Position numbers and translations under genes: made by a program. Source: Hydrurus foetidus (lineage: Eukaryota). From it: a stretch of 40,105 nt of DNA. The stretch lies in contig UYFQ01000161.1 of NCBI GenBank assembly GCA_900617105.1, positions 1 to 40,105 of the forward strand, in the 5' to 3' direction. The notes under the pieces were generated by a model that searched no databases, had not been told where the DNA came from, and worked only from the letters and a program-made list of their open reading frames with translations. Positions 10,638-22,960 of this stretch are shown piece by piece. How positions within the stretch are numbered: position 1 is the first letter of the stretch; each line of letters begins with the position of its first letter.

Positions 10638-12890
10638 ATGATAACCCCTGTTCCGCATGTGCCAATGAAGTTCTGGGACCTTGCAATGTCCTATGCATGT
10701 GTTACTCATTCCTTTAACCTTAACAAGCGTATTGGTACTTCTCCGTATCACTTCACTTCTGGGCAACACGTGGACATCAGGATGCTTCGACCATTCTGGG
10801 CACCCTGCTATGTCAAGCACGCACCCAAAGATCAGAAAAGTAAAGTTGGGTCACCTCGTGCCTACCGTGCTCGGTTCGTTGGTTATAGTTTTACATCTAT
10901 ACTAATACCACAATATTTAGTATTAGAAATACTACCCAAGAACACCTACGGTACTGTTCGAGTCAGTAAGGATGTCATCTTCGACATGCACAACAACTTC
11001 AAGCATGACTCAGATGCACACTTCCCTACCGACGAGGCCTTCGCCCTCATCCCGTCCCTCTACTATACTGATAATAATAATGACCCTATTGTGGTGCCTG
11101 AGCGAGTCGACCTACCCGGCCTCCCCTCACCTGCACCCCTTATCGACCCCGACTATATAACCCCTGTACCTGAGACAGAGCACTCAGTCAACGATGACAT
11201 GATATACTGGTCCACCTACACCAGTTCTTCCACATGCTTCCCTGTTCACCTCTTCCGTGTCCTGCACTACAACATAGCAGTCCAAATCAAGGATCCCTAC
11301 ATCCCCAAAGACTTCTGGACCGCAATGCAGTACCCAGAGTGGGAACAGGCCATCAACACTGAGCGAACTAAGTTTGAAGTCAACAACTGCTTCCGGTCTG
11401 TCCCCTTCACCGGCCAGCACCTCGTACCAATGATGTGGCTCTTCAGTATCAAGACTGACGGCACCAAGAAGGCCCGCCTCGTAGGTCGTGGTGATCTCAT
11501 GATACCCTGGGTCGACTTCGACCCCTACGCAGTATACTGCGGTAATGTCAATGCATCTTCGATCAAGATTGCACTCGTCATAGCCGCTACCTACAAATTA
11601 TCCATGCGGGGAGGAGATTTAGTAGGCGCCTACTTAATCACACTCGCTAACCCCGACTTTCCCGTTCACATCAAGACACCTCAAGGTTACACCACACCTT
11701 TTGGCACATGCTTCCAAGCCATTGGCAACCTCTACGGTTTTCCACCAGCAGGCCAGAATTTCTCAAAGGAATTCGACAAATGTGTACGCGAATGTGGATA
11801 CGAAAACACACCGTGGGACTTAAAGTTCTTCTTTAAGTGGGTCCAAGGTCAACCCCTGATACTGATAGCACACTCAGACGACTTCAGATGGTTCGGACCA
11901 CTTGCACTCATTAGCGAATGGGATCTCCTCATCGCTACATTCAACTCCCACAAGTATGAAGTCACCGACGCGACCTCCAAAGAGTTCGTCGGCATCCGCA
12001 TTACATGCGATGAAAACTTCAACTACTACATGGATCAGTCACGCATGATCACATCCATCGTATCGGAGGCCAACCTTGCTGGCGCCGCCGATGAGCATCT
12101 ACCATATCCACCTTCTGGTGAGAGTCTGTCCAAGGCGGACAACTCTACCGATCTCGATAGGCACATGTATAATAAGTATCCCTACCGACGGGTAGTTGGT
12201 CAGCTTATGTACGGTATGGTACACACATTGATCACAATCATGTACGCTCTCAACATACTATCCAGATATAGTAACAGTCCAGGTGCACGACACATCAAGT
12301 TTCTTAAGCACTTACTTCGATATGTCAAGTACGCCAAGATGGATAGACTGAAATTCACCACACACGACGGTCCCACCGACATCGCTACGATGACCAGTCT
12401 ACTGCAGTTGAAGTTCCAATGCGACGCCGACCTCGCCGGTAACAAAGACAACCGTCACTCCCAGACCTCCTACATTGGCTACCTCGCCGACAATGTCATC
12501 TGCTGGAAGAGTACCGACCAGGGCAGCATCTCATCATCAACTGCGGAATCCGAAATCAAGGCCGTTAATCACGCACTTAAATCCGATGTCATTCCCCTCC
12601 GGGGCATACTAAACCACATGGGATGGACACAAGCTCCTACAGTCATCGAAGAAGACAATTCTGCTTGTGTTGATGCTTCAAATCATACACACATGACCAA
12701 GAACCTTCGTCACATTGACCTGAGCGAAAACTACTTTAAGGACAAAGTCGCCGATGGTACCTGTGTCATTGTTAAAATCCCTTCGGGCGAAAACAACTCA
12801 GACATAGGTACGAAAAGAGTTCCACTACCACTTTTCGAATACCTAACGCACAGGCTCGTTGACAAGTCTTTACGAACTAATATTAAATAA
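10638..12890 (+). CDS. pol: Copia-A integrase C-terminus, RT and RNase H
   Basis: KARLVGRG, LYG, HSDD (YxDD variant), YPYRRVVGQLMY, DADLAG, SSTAESE, EDN, DIGTK. Confidence 0.93.
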   Translation: MITPVPHVPMKFWDLAMSYACVTHSFNLNKRIGTSPYHFTSGQHVDIRMLRPFWAPCYVKHAPKDQKSKVGSPRAYRARFVGYSFTSILIPQYLVLEILPKNTYGTVRVSKDVIFDMHNNFKHDSDAHFPTDEAFALIPSLYYTDNNNDPIVVPERVDLPGLPSPAPLIDPDYITPVPETEHSVNDDMIYWSTYTSSSTCFPVHLFRVLHYNIAVQIKDPYIPKDFWTAMQYPEWEQAINTERTKFEVNNCFRSVPFTGQHLVPMMWLFSIKTDGTKKARLVGRGDLMIPWVDFDPYAVYCGNVNASSIKIALVIAATYKLSMRGGDLVGAYLITLANPDFPVHIKTPQGYTTPFGTCFQAIGNLYGFPPAGQNFSKEFDKCVRECGYENTPWDLKFFFKWVQGQPLILIAHSDDFRWFGPLALISEWDLLIATFNSHKYEVTDATSKEFVGIRITCDENFNYYMDQSRMITSIVSEANLAGAADEHLPYPPSGESLSKADNSTDLDRHMYNKYPYRRVVGQLMYGMVHTLITIMYALNILSRYSNSPGARHIKFLKHLLRYVKYAKMDRLKFTTHDGPTDIATMTSLLQLKFQCDADLAGNKDNRHSQTSYIGYLADNVICWKSTDQGSISSSTAESEIKAVNHALKSDVIPLRGILNHMGWTQAPTVIEEDNSACVDASNHTHMTKNLRHIDLSENYFKDKVADGTCVIVKIPSGENNSDIGTKRVPLPLFEYLTHRLVDKSLRTNIK

Positions 12891-12999
12891 CACAAATAAT
12901 TAATATCCATATATCTAACATACGTACTAATTTTACTATCTTATATGAGTGCACGCATATATTATAACTAACTTTTTACACTTTTTGCTAAATCTCCCG

Positions 13000-13098
13000 T
13001 ACGGGGAGTACATCCTCAGTACGGGGAGTATATATACACATACCATTCGTTTCGATACTCTCAATAACACGTTCAACTACATCTTCACTACGGGGAGT
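13000..13098 (+). repeat. Three TACGGGGAGT motifs; the last is the PPT abutting the putative 3' LTR
   Basis: Copies at 13000, 13020 and 13089. Confidence 0.75.
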
Positions 13099-13260
13099 GT
13101 CAGTCCAGCATATTCATGCATGATCTGTTAGCATAGTTTCATCTGTAGATTAGCATTCACATGTCACAAGTAGTGTAGCGCTTCCTCACCCAAAACACCG
13201 CCATACACTGTTGTGTACATACGCTCATCGTTCTTCTAGCGATATCCCCTTCGGGGCCAT

Positions 13261-13336
13261 CACCAAGCATCCGGTTTTTCACCACCAAGCATCCGGTTTT
13301 CCACCAGGTATCCGGTTGTCACCAAGCATCCGATTT
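13261..13336. repeat. Minisatellite, 4 copies of ~18-22 bp (CACCAAGCATCCGGTTT)
   Basis: Units start at 13261, 13283, 13302 and 13320. Confidence 0.85.
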
Positions 13337-13586
13337 CATGAGCAGCGAGGGTTCCGCCCATTGCTCAATCGCCAACTTGACTATTCGCTAAATATATTTC
13401 ACTTCGACGATCACCATTTCATGCACAATGGATACTTTGCTTTGCTTTGCTTCTTTGATGGTTGTCTTCTCTGATATCATCGCCAGTTGTTTTACTACTT
13501 GATCGTTGTAAGTAAACACGTCTTCCGAGACCACTTCCATCAGCCAGTCTTTCCTTTGCGCTTCCGCAGCCAACAGGTAGCTCGCT

Positions 13587-15689
13587 TCACTCCACAGTCT
13601 GACTCACATCTTTTGCACTCAGCTTTTGACAACACGGACAGTTCTGTATGAGCGTACGTACATGTTGTTTCATGTGTTTCCAAACTTGTTGTAAACTAAA
13701 TAACCGAGTAAGGGTACGGTCTACGCCGTTGTGACCGACAATTGCATTATGGCACATCTGAATGTATTCTAACTGATCGTCTGAAGCCGGTTCTATGACC
13801 GTCAGAGCTGATACAGTGAAAGAAGTTGATGAAGTTGGAAGTAATTCCAATTCTTCTGTTCGTAAAGGTAGAGCAATTTCTGTCAGATTAGGACATAGCC
13901 TTGACAGTGCGTCTGCCAAAACATTTGAAGTACCGCGTACGAATACCACGGTAAAATGTAGTTCTTGCATAGCAATGAACCATCCCACCACCATTGAGGT
14001 AAGATTTTGTTTCATATATGTTATGTTCAAGTGATCCGTATGGATAGTGAACGTACGATCTCTGATTAAGTAATCGAGTTGTGTACAACAATAGAAGATG
14101 GCATAAGCCTCTTTTTGCATCGTAGACCACCTTATTTGTGTGGGTGTCAACGATTTGCTAATGAAAGCAATTGGTTGCCAAATGGCACCAACAACTTGGA
14201 ATAGGACACCACCGATACCAAAATCGGACGCGTCTGTATACAAGCGGATGTCTAACTTATTGTCATCAATGAAGTACATTAATGGACAACGAGATATAGC
14301 AATCTTTGTGTCAACAAATGCGTTGGTGCTCTTTTGAGTCCAAACTACAGCAGAACGTCTCGGAGCAGAGTGATCTATCATATCCTGCATTGGCTTAGCC
14401 AGAGTGGAATGCATAGGTACAAACTGTCTAAAATAGTTTGCTAAAGCTAAAAATGACCTGAGTAAGGTTAAATTCTTAGGTATAGAAAAGTTTAAAACTG
14501 TTTCTTTTGGCATGGATAGCCCATCTTTTTCAACGATTCTGCCAACGTATTCAATATGTGGAAGGCCGAAACGGCACTTTTTAGCTTTGAGTCTCAGACC
14601 CTTAAGTCTAAAACTTTCAAAAACTTTTTTCAAGTTAGTTAGAAACTCTGCTTCACCCTTGCCATATACTATACAATCGTCGAGATACATCTCACAACAA
14701 TGATAGATAAGGCCATAGAGGACCGCCGTTACCATCTGCTCTTGAAAGTAAGAGGGGGCACGACACGGACCAAAGGGCAGTCTCGTAAACTGAAATACCC
14801 CCGCAAAGCATGTAAATGCCGTAAAAATGCGGTGTGCGGGGTGTAACGGTGCTTGATGGTTACCTGCGGTTAAATCCATCACACCAAAAATATCCGGTTT
14901 TTTATTACCGATCCTCTCAAAAAGATGTTTGATATTTGGCAACGGGAATGAGGCCGGCTTAAGACACCTATTATGTGGCCGGTAATCGATGCAGGTTCGA
15001 AATTTACCGGGTGACTTAGTTACTATTACAGGATGACTGTAATAAGCGGCATCTGATCGCTCTATAACCCCTGATGCAAGCATCTCGTCAAGGTTTTCTT
15101 TGAGAGCAACCTCTTTCGTTGATGATTGGGGACGTACCGGCGTACGGTTTTCGTCTTTTTCCCACAACCCAAGTGGGATGTTAATCTCAAAGGGTTTAAG
15201 TGACGCTGGTTTCTTAGCTAATTGATGACTGAAGATGTCTGAATATTCAGAACAGAGCTCTCGGAGCTTCCTTTGAAAGCTTTCATCTCCTTCAAAGGTA
15301 ATCTCCTTGAGGAAATCCTCTGGCCATTTGGGGAAGTCATCTTGACTAGGTTTCTCCGCCAAGAAGGGGGCAAACGTATCTATCTTGCCATCGTCAATCT
15401 CGTCAACTGAGAGTGCGACACCACTGGGCCATAAAGGCTCAGTGACATAGTCTAAGGTATCAGAATCCCCAAAGGTATGTGTAAGGGTGGGAATCTGGTC
15501 GCCACCTAGGTGCGGTGTATCACCCGTACGTTTTGCGAGAATAGTAGTGACACTATTCAGTCGCTCACAACCTACCATACCACAGGGATCTTGGGTCGCG
15601 ACTCCCTCGATCTCCATCTGAGTATCGTTACATGTCGGCATTGGATGGACATAAGAGACGTTGCTCTTCAAAGAGGATTGACCATGCAA
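13587..15689 (-). pseudogene. pol: Gypsy-2 pol (RT, RNase H, integrase zinc finger), 3'-truncated
   Basis: CIDYRP, YLDD, TDASDFG, ADALSR, HNAIVGH...CPCC, then the homology breaks off; colinear with 5019-6870. Confidence 0.93.
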
Positions 15690-15731
15690 TATGCTCTTCT
15701 TGTTTGGATACTCGATAGATCCGTGTGTTTC

Positions 15732-16330
15732 TCACTTTTTAGAGGGTGGTTTACCGCCTGGATATTTCAGCTTGTCGTAGTGAGGTGTTAAAGACTCGAC
15801 TACGGCTGTATCAGGTTCGGTACCCAACGCTATCATACGACGCGTATATTTGTGTTGAAACAACGGATCGAGTTTATCCAACGCTTCTTTTCTTTCGAAT
15901 TCGCGTCTGCGAGCATCGCTCTTTCTCTTATTCTCAGCACTTAGCTCAGGAGAAATGCCGAATGCAAACGGAGTTAACGTCCAAAAATCATACTTACTAA
16001 CCGTTTCACAGCTAAATAAAATGTCTATGTCGGTTTTTCGATTGACCCTCATGGGTAGGCTAATGCTATGGTATTCACCATCGTAAGAATGAAAAAGGAT
16101 TTTTAAATCGCAAATTTCGTTATTTAGGTAACATTGGCCATCGAGACCGCTACAAAAAGTGATGGCTTTAAGAGCAGGATAACATAAATGAGTATCATTT
16201 AATTTTTCAATCATATCAAATTAAATGAAATTGTCGGAATAATTGGCCGTATCCATTACGGCCTTCCCCGCGGCACGCAGCTCGCTTGCTGGGCCTGTCC
16301 TGTCCTTATCCTGAACAATAACTGTAACGT
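15732..16330 (-). pseudogene. Gypsy-2 protease remnant
   Basis: AVMDTANYSDNFI* precedes the ORF containing CSGLDG, which Gypsy-1 PR also has. Confidence 0.7.
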
Positions 16331-16543
16331 TAAGGATGGAGTATGTAAAAATTCTTCACGAATAGGTACAAGTGGCAGCACTTCGAAATGATCATCAGTC
16401 AGATTAAAGACATCATCCTCGAAAGTGACAGCCACGCAGTCATGGGCAAGGTTCTTACCCTGGTTTTGTCCCGGCTGAGTGTTGGGAGGAGGGTTGTGTC
16501 CCTGCGGGGGGTTGTATTTACCCTTACCGCCGGACCCACGGCC

Positions 16544-17911
16544 CTAGTATTGGTTCGCATTGGGGTTTTGATTGCCCCTTTGCTTACCTCTACCACCCCC
16601 TTGGTTACCCTGGTTACCATAACCAGATTGGTTCTGGGAGTTTCCACCTTGACCCTGGTTGGAACGGTCTGAACCATTCGAGGTGTTGGGGTAGTTCCCA
16701 GAACCATGGCTGTTCTTGGCGCGCTTGTTGTCGTTACGCATCAAGTAAGGTTTAGAACCTTTGGGGTAGTACTGAACTCGTTCCTCGTGTCCTGGAAGGA
16801 CGAGGTTGAGTTGCCATTCAGTATACCCCACCGCGGCCCAAGCCATCCCCACTGTAGAACTCTCCCACTCAACTTGGTGATTCGTGTTGGAGTCGGAGTA
16901 ATACAAGATGGAGCAGTCTGCCAACGTGTGCGACGTAGCTCCGCACGACCGGTACGGACGAAACATCGGTACGAGCGGTACTTCCGTGGAAGCACGGACA
17001 GAGAGTCCGTGCTGCGTCGGAACGTACGAGCTAGGGGTACGCACTGTCGCAGTGACTGATCTCGACGAAGCGGAAGGTGTAGGTGAGGGTGTTTTAGCAC
17101 TCGCTCTACCCGTTTCCTTCTTACCAACGTCTGGTGGAACTGCTGCTGCAGGAAACGAGTACACCGTCTCCGGGTTGCCATAGCTTTTGATGAGGTTCAT
17201 CATTGCCCTAGCCTCGGCAAGAACCTGACCAATGCGTAGCATAGTCGAATACCACGTATGAGGTGGGGTGTTGTCAGCAGCTTTCGCTTTCAGGTAATCT
17301 TGTTGGATTTGACTACCCTTAGCTAGGCGCTTCTCCAAAATCAAGATGAGCTCAGCATGCTGAGTCTCTGATAATGGTCCCTTAGACCTCTCATAAGTGC
17401 TCACAAGTTCGTTGTAACGTACGAATGTGGCATTCTCATGATCGTGGTTAGCGATCTGATAATGGAAAGGAACTTGGCTAAAGCTCTCTGCCAGAGTACA
17501 TTCTCCCAAACCATTTGGCGAGAAGTACTTTATTATCAGTTTGGCTACCTGAAGTACCGACAATTTAGTCTGCCAATCATGGCGTTGTCGTCTATCGATG
17601 ATGTTAAATTCAGGATCGATCATGATCCTGAAATTAAGCAACTCGATTGCCTGCTTCTGCATGCAATCGGTTAGCTTCATCAACGGGTACCTCTGAGCCT
17701 GTTCGTAGAACTCAGTCGCATCAGCTTCATCAATGAAGTTATGCCTGAGGACGAACACCTCACCCTGGAGTTGCATCGTCGAGGGGAAAGCTGGGAACAG
17801 CGAGTTCGACATTGAGATAGTCGAATCGTTGAGCGCGGCTAAAGCTGCCAGACGTGCAATCTCCTCCTCTTCAGGAGATGGATCAGGGTTTGAGTTAGGT
17901 GGTGATGACAT
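16544..17911 (-). CDS. gag: Gypsy-2 gag
   Basis: Similar to Gypsy-1 gag (LSVLQVAKLIIKYF vs LTVPQVAQLVLRYF; DSNTNH); degenerate knuckle YRSCGATSHTLADC; N/Q/G-rich tail. Confidence 0.85.
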   Translation of the reverse strand: MSSPPNSNPDPSPEEEEIARLAALAALNDSTISMSNSLFPAFPSTMQLQGEVFVLRHNFIDEADATEFYEQAQRYPLMKLTDCMQKQAIELLNFRIMIDPEFNIIDRRQRHDWQTKLSVLQVAKLIIKYFSPNGLGECTLAESFSQVPFHYQIANHDHENATFVRYNELVSTYERSKGPLSETQHAELILILEKRLAKGSQIQQDYLKAKAADNTPPHTWYSTMLRIGQVLAEARAMMNLIKSYGNPETVYSFPAAAVPPDVGKKETGRASAKTPSPTPSASSRSVTATVRTPSSYVPTQHGLSVRASTEVPLVPMFRPYRSCGATSHTLADCSILYYSDSNTNHQVEWESSTVGMAWAAVGYTEWQLNLVLPGHEERVQYYPKGSKPYLMRNDNKRAKNSHGSGNYPNTSNGSDRSNQGQGGNSQNQSGYGNQGNQGGGRGKQRGNQNPNANQY

Positions 17912-19821
17912 GTCTAATCACTTATCGATGTAAATCTCACTGAAAGTCAATCGAGATCGATAACCCCTGCACAGAATTTTTTTTCAAGAGCATCGCCTCG
18001 TTCGCAAACGGGTACTGTAACGTCAGTAACAACGAATAGAGAGATATTATCCAACTCTTGAACTGAAAAGTTCTATGGCGTGAATATGGCGTGAAAGCCA
18101 AATTTAGAGTGGTAGAAAAGTTGGTATACCTTTAAGGTAGAAGACGTTGCTCAACGTCGACGAAAAGAAGTCTGTAGACTAACTTTGTGTCTGAATCTGT
18201 GATTCGATCGACCAGCGGAGCAAGTCTTAAATGACTTCTGGGAAGGATAAATCAACTTCGACCAAAAATGTCAAGTTTGGAAGAGCCCAATGCACGGGGA
18301 TTCCAAGAAAGCAGGTAATCTGACTTTCTCTAACTTAGACTAGCTTCTCTGAGCCAAACGGCTCGAATTTCGTTGATCAGAAGCTCAGAAGTCTTATCTA
18401 CAGGTTGGGACGAGTAGATGGAATGAGAAGTAGTAGAGAAAAGGGTGGACTAATAGCGCTATTGTAGTCCGGCAGCCTGTGCAAGATCAAGGGGCCATTT
18501 TTTAACCGAAAAGCTCCCCCACAGTATCGCCAAAGTTGGACAACGTATTGATCACATTACGAAGGATTTGATAAGGATATCAATTTGCTCGAGGACCAAA
18601 TAAACGATCGGTTTCCACTAATCTGACTATTGTGAGTGTCATGGTGCTATCAATTTTTTCAAATTTTATTCCTTCGATCACAAGATCAACCTAAAGTTGG
18701 ATTATCCAACTTCAACTTTACAGCAACCTTCATTACTCAACTGCTCCTGGTAAACACCGACGTAACATGATTTCCATCTCTAATAATGACGCATTAGAAA
18801 CATTTTCAAGCTTAACTGTTGACAGGTTTAGTTATCTGAAGCTCAATTTTTGGTATCTACTCATACCATATATCACCATACAGGAATCTAATGGTGAACC
18901 ACAGCAAAGCAAAATCTCGCTTCAAAAAGGACTACAACAATTCGATAGCTTTCTGAAGAACGTTACAGAAGCTGTGTTGGAAAATGAGCACCTTCCGAAC
19001 AGGAAGTTTAAAAATACTATAGCTGGAATGTCGAGGACTATACCGATCTTACCCAACTGTAAATATGACGTTTGTACCAAGTACCGGATAAATACTATAC
19101 AGCTGTGATTATTACAGTGTAACAATGGCAATATACGTGATACGAATTGGCATTGAGGGATTGACTTGGTGCACATTGCACACCAATAACAATCTACAAA
19201 ATGTGTTCACTTATTATATCCTATCATGCTAATTGTTGATTATACAAATAGCTATATACAGCTATAACTAGCACTTATCACTGTTATAGACCGACAAGGC
19301 CGTTCTTATGTCGTTGTGTGTGTGTATGCGCTGTGTACTATCCGGAGTGTTGTACGTTACAGTGCGCATGAAAAAGTGTTTCATGCGCATGACACAATTC
19401 AATCTTCAATGTTCTGTTTTCTTTCTTTAGAGTAGTGTAGATAGGTGGCGCTGTAAGCTTCGTGACTAGGTCGAACAGGGACGACAGTCACAAGTTAAAT
19501 TATCGACTGATTGGAAAACGATACTCTTTCATTTCACGGGATTTGCACACCACTCATACTGGAGACTTCGTACGTGAAGTGGTTCAGGCTACAATTCACG
19601 GGAACGGTAAAAAATGTTGCCTTAAAATTTAAGGCAAGCTTCACCACATACGGGAAAAGGCGCTATTTCATGGTCCTACTGTAAAATCCGTTCCATAACA
19701 TTTAAAATTTCGAATTGTTTTGATAATAATATCGTACTCGTCACTACTTCTTCAAAGGAATCTTTCAATATCTCACAGCTCGCAATGCCTCTGCAAATCA
19801 GAGTTTGAAAGAAGGGCCGAA

Positions 19822-21294
19822 ATGATCTACAGTGTCAGTGAAATCAACGAGAGATTTTTGCTCCTTCACAGGTGCATGATGAAGGCTCTTCAAAGGCGCA
19901 AGCAGAGAAAAGCTGCCAGTGCCAATCGCAAAGTTTATAAACAACGTGCAAAACCTGAAATTCCAAGAGACAAACATCCAAATTACTGGCAATCAGCTTG
20001 GGGACAACTTGTTCAGCGTCTTGCAAGCATTGTGGATGGGCCGTCTATTACGTCTAGGGACGGCAAACTTATCAGGAGGAGGTTCAGAGTACCATACCAA
20101 GTCTACTGTAAACTAGTTCAAATGTGTGTGGAGAAAAAGCTGTTTGGAGAGAATTCGTCAGTGGAAACTGACATAGCCAATAGGCTAATCTGCCCAGTGG
20201 AGATTAAAATGTTAGCGGTGCTTCGAATACTGGGACGCAACTGGAATTTCGATGATATAGCTGAAGCTACACTTATGGGAGAAACTACAGCTAGGAGAGC
20301 ATTCCACCTGTTTTGTGAAAACTTTGCCACATACTTTTATGACAAATACGTTTACAGACCAAAAGATCAGCAGTTGAAAAAAGTGTTAGAAGTATTCGGG
20401 AAAATGGGACTTCCTGGATGCATTGGATCGACTGACTGCGTACACCTAAAGTGGGATAGATGCCCTGTCTCGTTGAATCAGGTCTGTTCTGGCAAAGAAG
20501 GTTATCCGTCCTTGGCATATTCCTGTACTGTTGATCATCACAGTCGTATACTCGGATCGACGAGTAGCTTTTATGGTGCACGCAACGACATAACAATTGT
20601 CCGACATGATACTTACATCACAGATGTGAGAAACAAAAAAGTGCACGAAGAAGTTGAGTATGATATCTTCATTAATGGAGTTCTAATACGCGTCAAAGGA
20701 GTCTACTATCTGTGTGATGGGGGATATCATCGATGGAGTTGTATGATTAATCCTATCAAGCATACAATATCAAGGGGGGATAGGCTGTGGTCTGAATGGG
20801 TGGAGTCTACTAGGAAAGATGTCGAATATACGTTCGGCATATTGAAGAGTCGATGGCGATTTCTTCGGAACGGTATTGTGCTACAAAATCAATCGTCTAT
20901 TGATTTTGCGTTTTTCACCTGTTGCATTCTACATAACTAAATTTTAGAGTTTGATGGTTTAGACAACAGATGGGAGGTGAATGTGGATTGGGATCAAATC
21001 AATCCGCAGCCGGATAACTCAGATGAAGGTTTTGATCTTGAGGGCGACGTTCCTAGTATTCAAGAAAGGCGTGTACTTAATAGGGTTGACCAATGGACGA
21101 GTGCAGTCGAGATTTCTGATGAGGCTAATCAGGCATTGGGGAACGAAATTGAGGTTGAGATCGATTTTGACTTTGAAACAAAGAGGCGCAGTTTAATTAA
21201 TCATTTTTCGCATGCTTATGACGCGGGGCTAGTGCATTGGCCAAGATGTTTTAACGAACAAAAACAAGCTCATTATAACAAAGGAAGCATGTAA
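19822..21294 (+). pseudogene. Harbinger DDE transposase with an in-frame stop at 20938-20940
   Basis: GCIGSTDCVH, GKEG, GARND, YYLCDGGY, RKDVEYTFGILKSRW, CCILHN*ILEFDG continuing in frame to 21294. Confidence 0.92.
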
Positions 21295-21589
21295 TAGCCC
21301 TGAAATGAATCTTTATTTTATCATGGTTCCATTCCTCTCAAAGTTTGTTTGCAGTCATATGAGTATCTGTAATAAAAAAATAACACAAAATGTATATCAA
21401 ACGGTAGATTTAGAACAAATATAATATACGTTTAATGTAAGTTACCTAACAGAAATAACCATCCTCTTCTCCTAACGAATACTAAGTCATCCTAATTTCA
21501 CCTATCGAAGTTTAACGGGAGTACATGAAAAATATTGGAAATCTCAAAACCTGAAAAATGAATCACAGTGTACTATACTATACCGCTAT

Positions 21590-22657
21590 ACCTTCTGTGG
21601 TGACTCTAGACTATCCAAGCTCGTTTGATCGTAGCCCAGCTCCACGCCGAGAATTGTATCGGCAGCCATTGAAGTTTCTGTTCTAGCCATAACTGCTGAT
21701 GCCGGAGTCGAGCGGGCATCACGTTTAGTACTTTTAATCGCTACGTCGGAGATCTTCAGAGCGAAGGTAAATTAGCGAAGTTGTAGAGATTCATTTTGTG
21801 CTCGGTAATTTTCTCGGCAGGCAATTCTAACGACTGCGCCAATTCGAGCACAGTCTGCAGCCTTTTAATTTCATTTTTCCAAGCGACTTGATTTGTCGTC
21901 TCTTGCTGCGCCATCACGCCATCCCTCAAAAAAGAAATTTCTACATCATCAATCTCCACCGTTTTGACAGCTTCGTCTTTAATGACGGTGCTCCTCGAAC
22001 CGCAGAGTCGTCGCTGATCACGGCTACCGGTTTCCAGCATTTGTTCCCGAACTTCTGCGGCTGGTCTCTTCGAGAGCTGACTCAGACCAGATCCTGATAT
22101 TGGCGACCTGAATATTCCGAGACAGCCCCTTTCTCCAGCAGGTAGCCCAAGATATCTGAAACAAGGCCACTCTTTGAAAGTCCATTCTGCATCGAATTCC
22201 TTGTGTACTATATCTGCGGACCTATCTTTCTTTAATTTGATTCTCTCAGTTTCGTTATGAGCCCAAGCTGCTTTTCTGCAGACAAGCAGGGCGTTAGCAA
22301 GCTGATTCCCAGATGCGAAACTTGAAGGATCCTTCCAACTAGGGTTTAGAATATTATTGATGTAGTGGATTATAGCCTTCGCTTTTCTGATCATTTGTTC
22401 TCCGCTGTCACTGTCAATCTCCGCTAGAATAGTCGCTGGCTCAACATTTACTTTCAGAGAATTTGCAGACGCCGTCCTTAGCTCTGGTACTCGTTGCCTT
22501 AACCTTGATCAACTCTCAACAATGTCATTCCGCCGTTGACAACAATGTCATTCCACGACAAAGATAAAACAAGGCAGTATGCCTCAGCGCAATGCTTCGT
22601 AGCCGTCCCCTTACGCTTCACGACTGTTGTCGTCGCAGATGAACTCGCTTCAGCCAT
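21590..22657 (-). pseudogene. Probable Harbinger second (accessory) ORF, disrupted
   Basis: ORF pieces 22499-22657 and 21756-22394 lie inside the TIRs, convergent on the transposase; no domain recognised; 3' end approximate. Confidence 0.55.
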
Positions 22658-22960
22658 TTTGACGCTGATCCAAAAACTGTTTCGATGATATCTGTGATTA
22701 ATACGATGAAAAGCAGGGCCTGGACGCTTTATGGTAACTCTCAAATGTTTCCCATAAAACCATCGATTTTATGGAGGATCCCTGACACCTCCGTAGAATT
22801 TAAGTCAAAAATTCGCCCGTGAAACGCCCGTTTTCCGTAAAAAGCTTGCGCTATATCATACGGCAAAGATTTTAAGGCATCCGTGAATTGCAGCCTCACG
22901 GCGCGGTTGCAGAATACGGAATTCGCAACAACTTGAACTTGACACGGAATCTGGAATCTG

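Larger units (their letters stand above)
8570..13170 (+). mobile_element. Ty1/Copia element (Copia-A); its 5' part is cut off by the Gypsy-1 insertion and the 3' end is approximate
   Basis: PR-IN-RT-RH order; GGGGAG PPT followed by TGTCAG at 13098; no 5' LTR in the window. Confidence 0.85.
13587..18470 (-). mobile_element. Truncated Ty3/Gypsy element (Gypsy-2), same clade as Gypsy-1
   Basis: gag, degenerate PR, RT and RH, plus only the HHCC part of integrase; no 3' LTR; extent of the 5' LTR unknown. Confidence 0.9.
19587..22895 (+). mobile_element. PIF/Harbinger DNA transposon, complete
   Basis: 15-bp TIRs GGCTACAATTCACGG / CCGTGAATTGCAGCC (1 mismatch); TCA on both flanks (19584-86, 22896-98); subterminal TGCCTTAAAAT at both ends; two convergent ORFs. 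Confidence 0.92.

Noticed and set aside
13261..13336. Short repeats as a possible CRISPR array
   Set aside because: The units are adjacent with no unique spacers, there are no cas genes, and the context is eukaryotic TEs.
13388..13573. 61-aa ORF next to the Gypsy-2 break point
   Set aside because: No recognisable motif and too short to assign; probably a remnant of another element.
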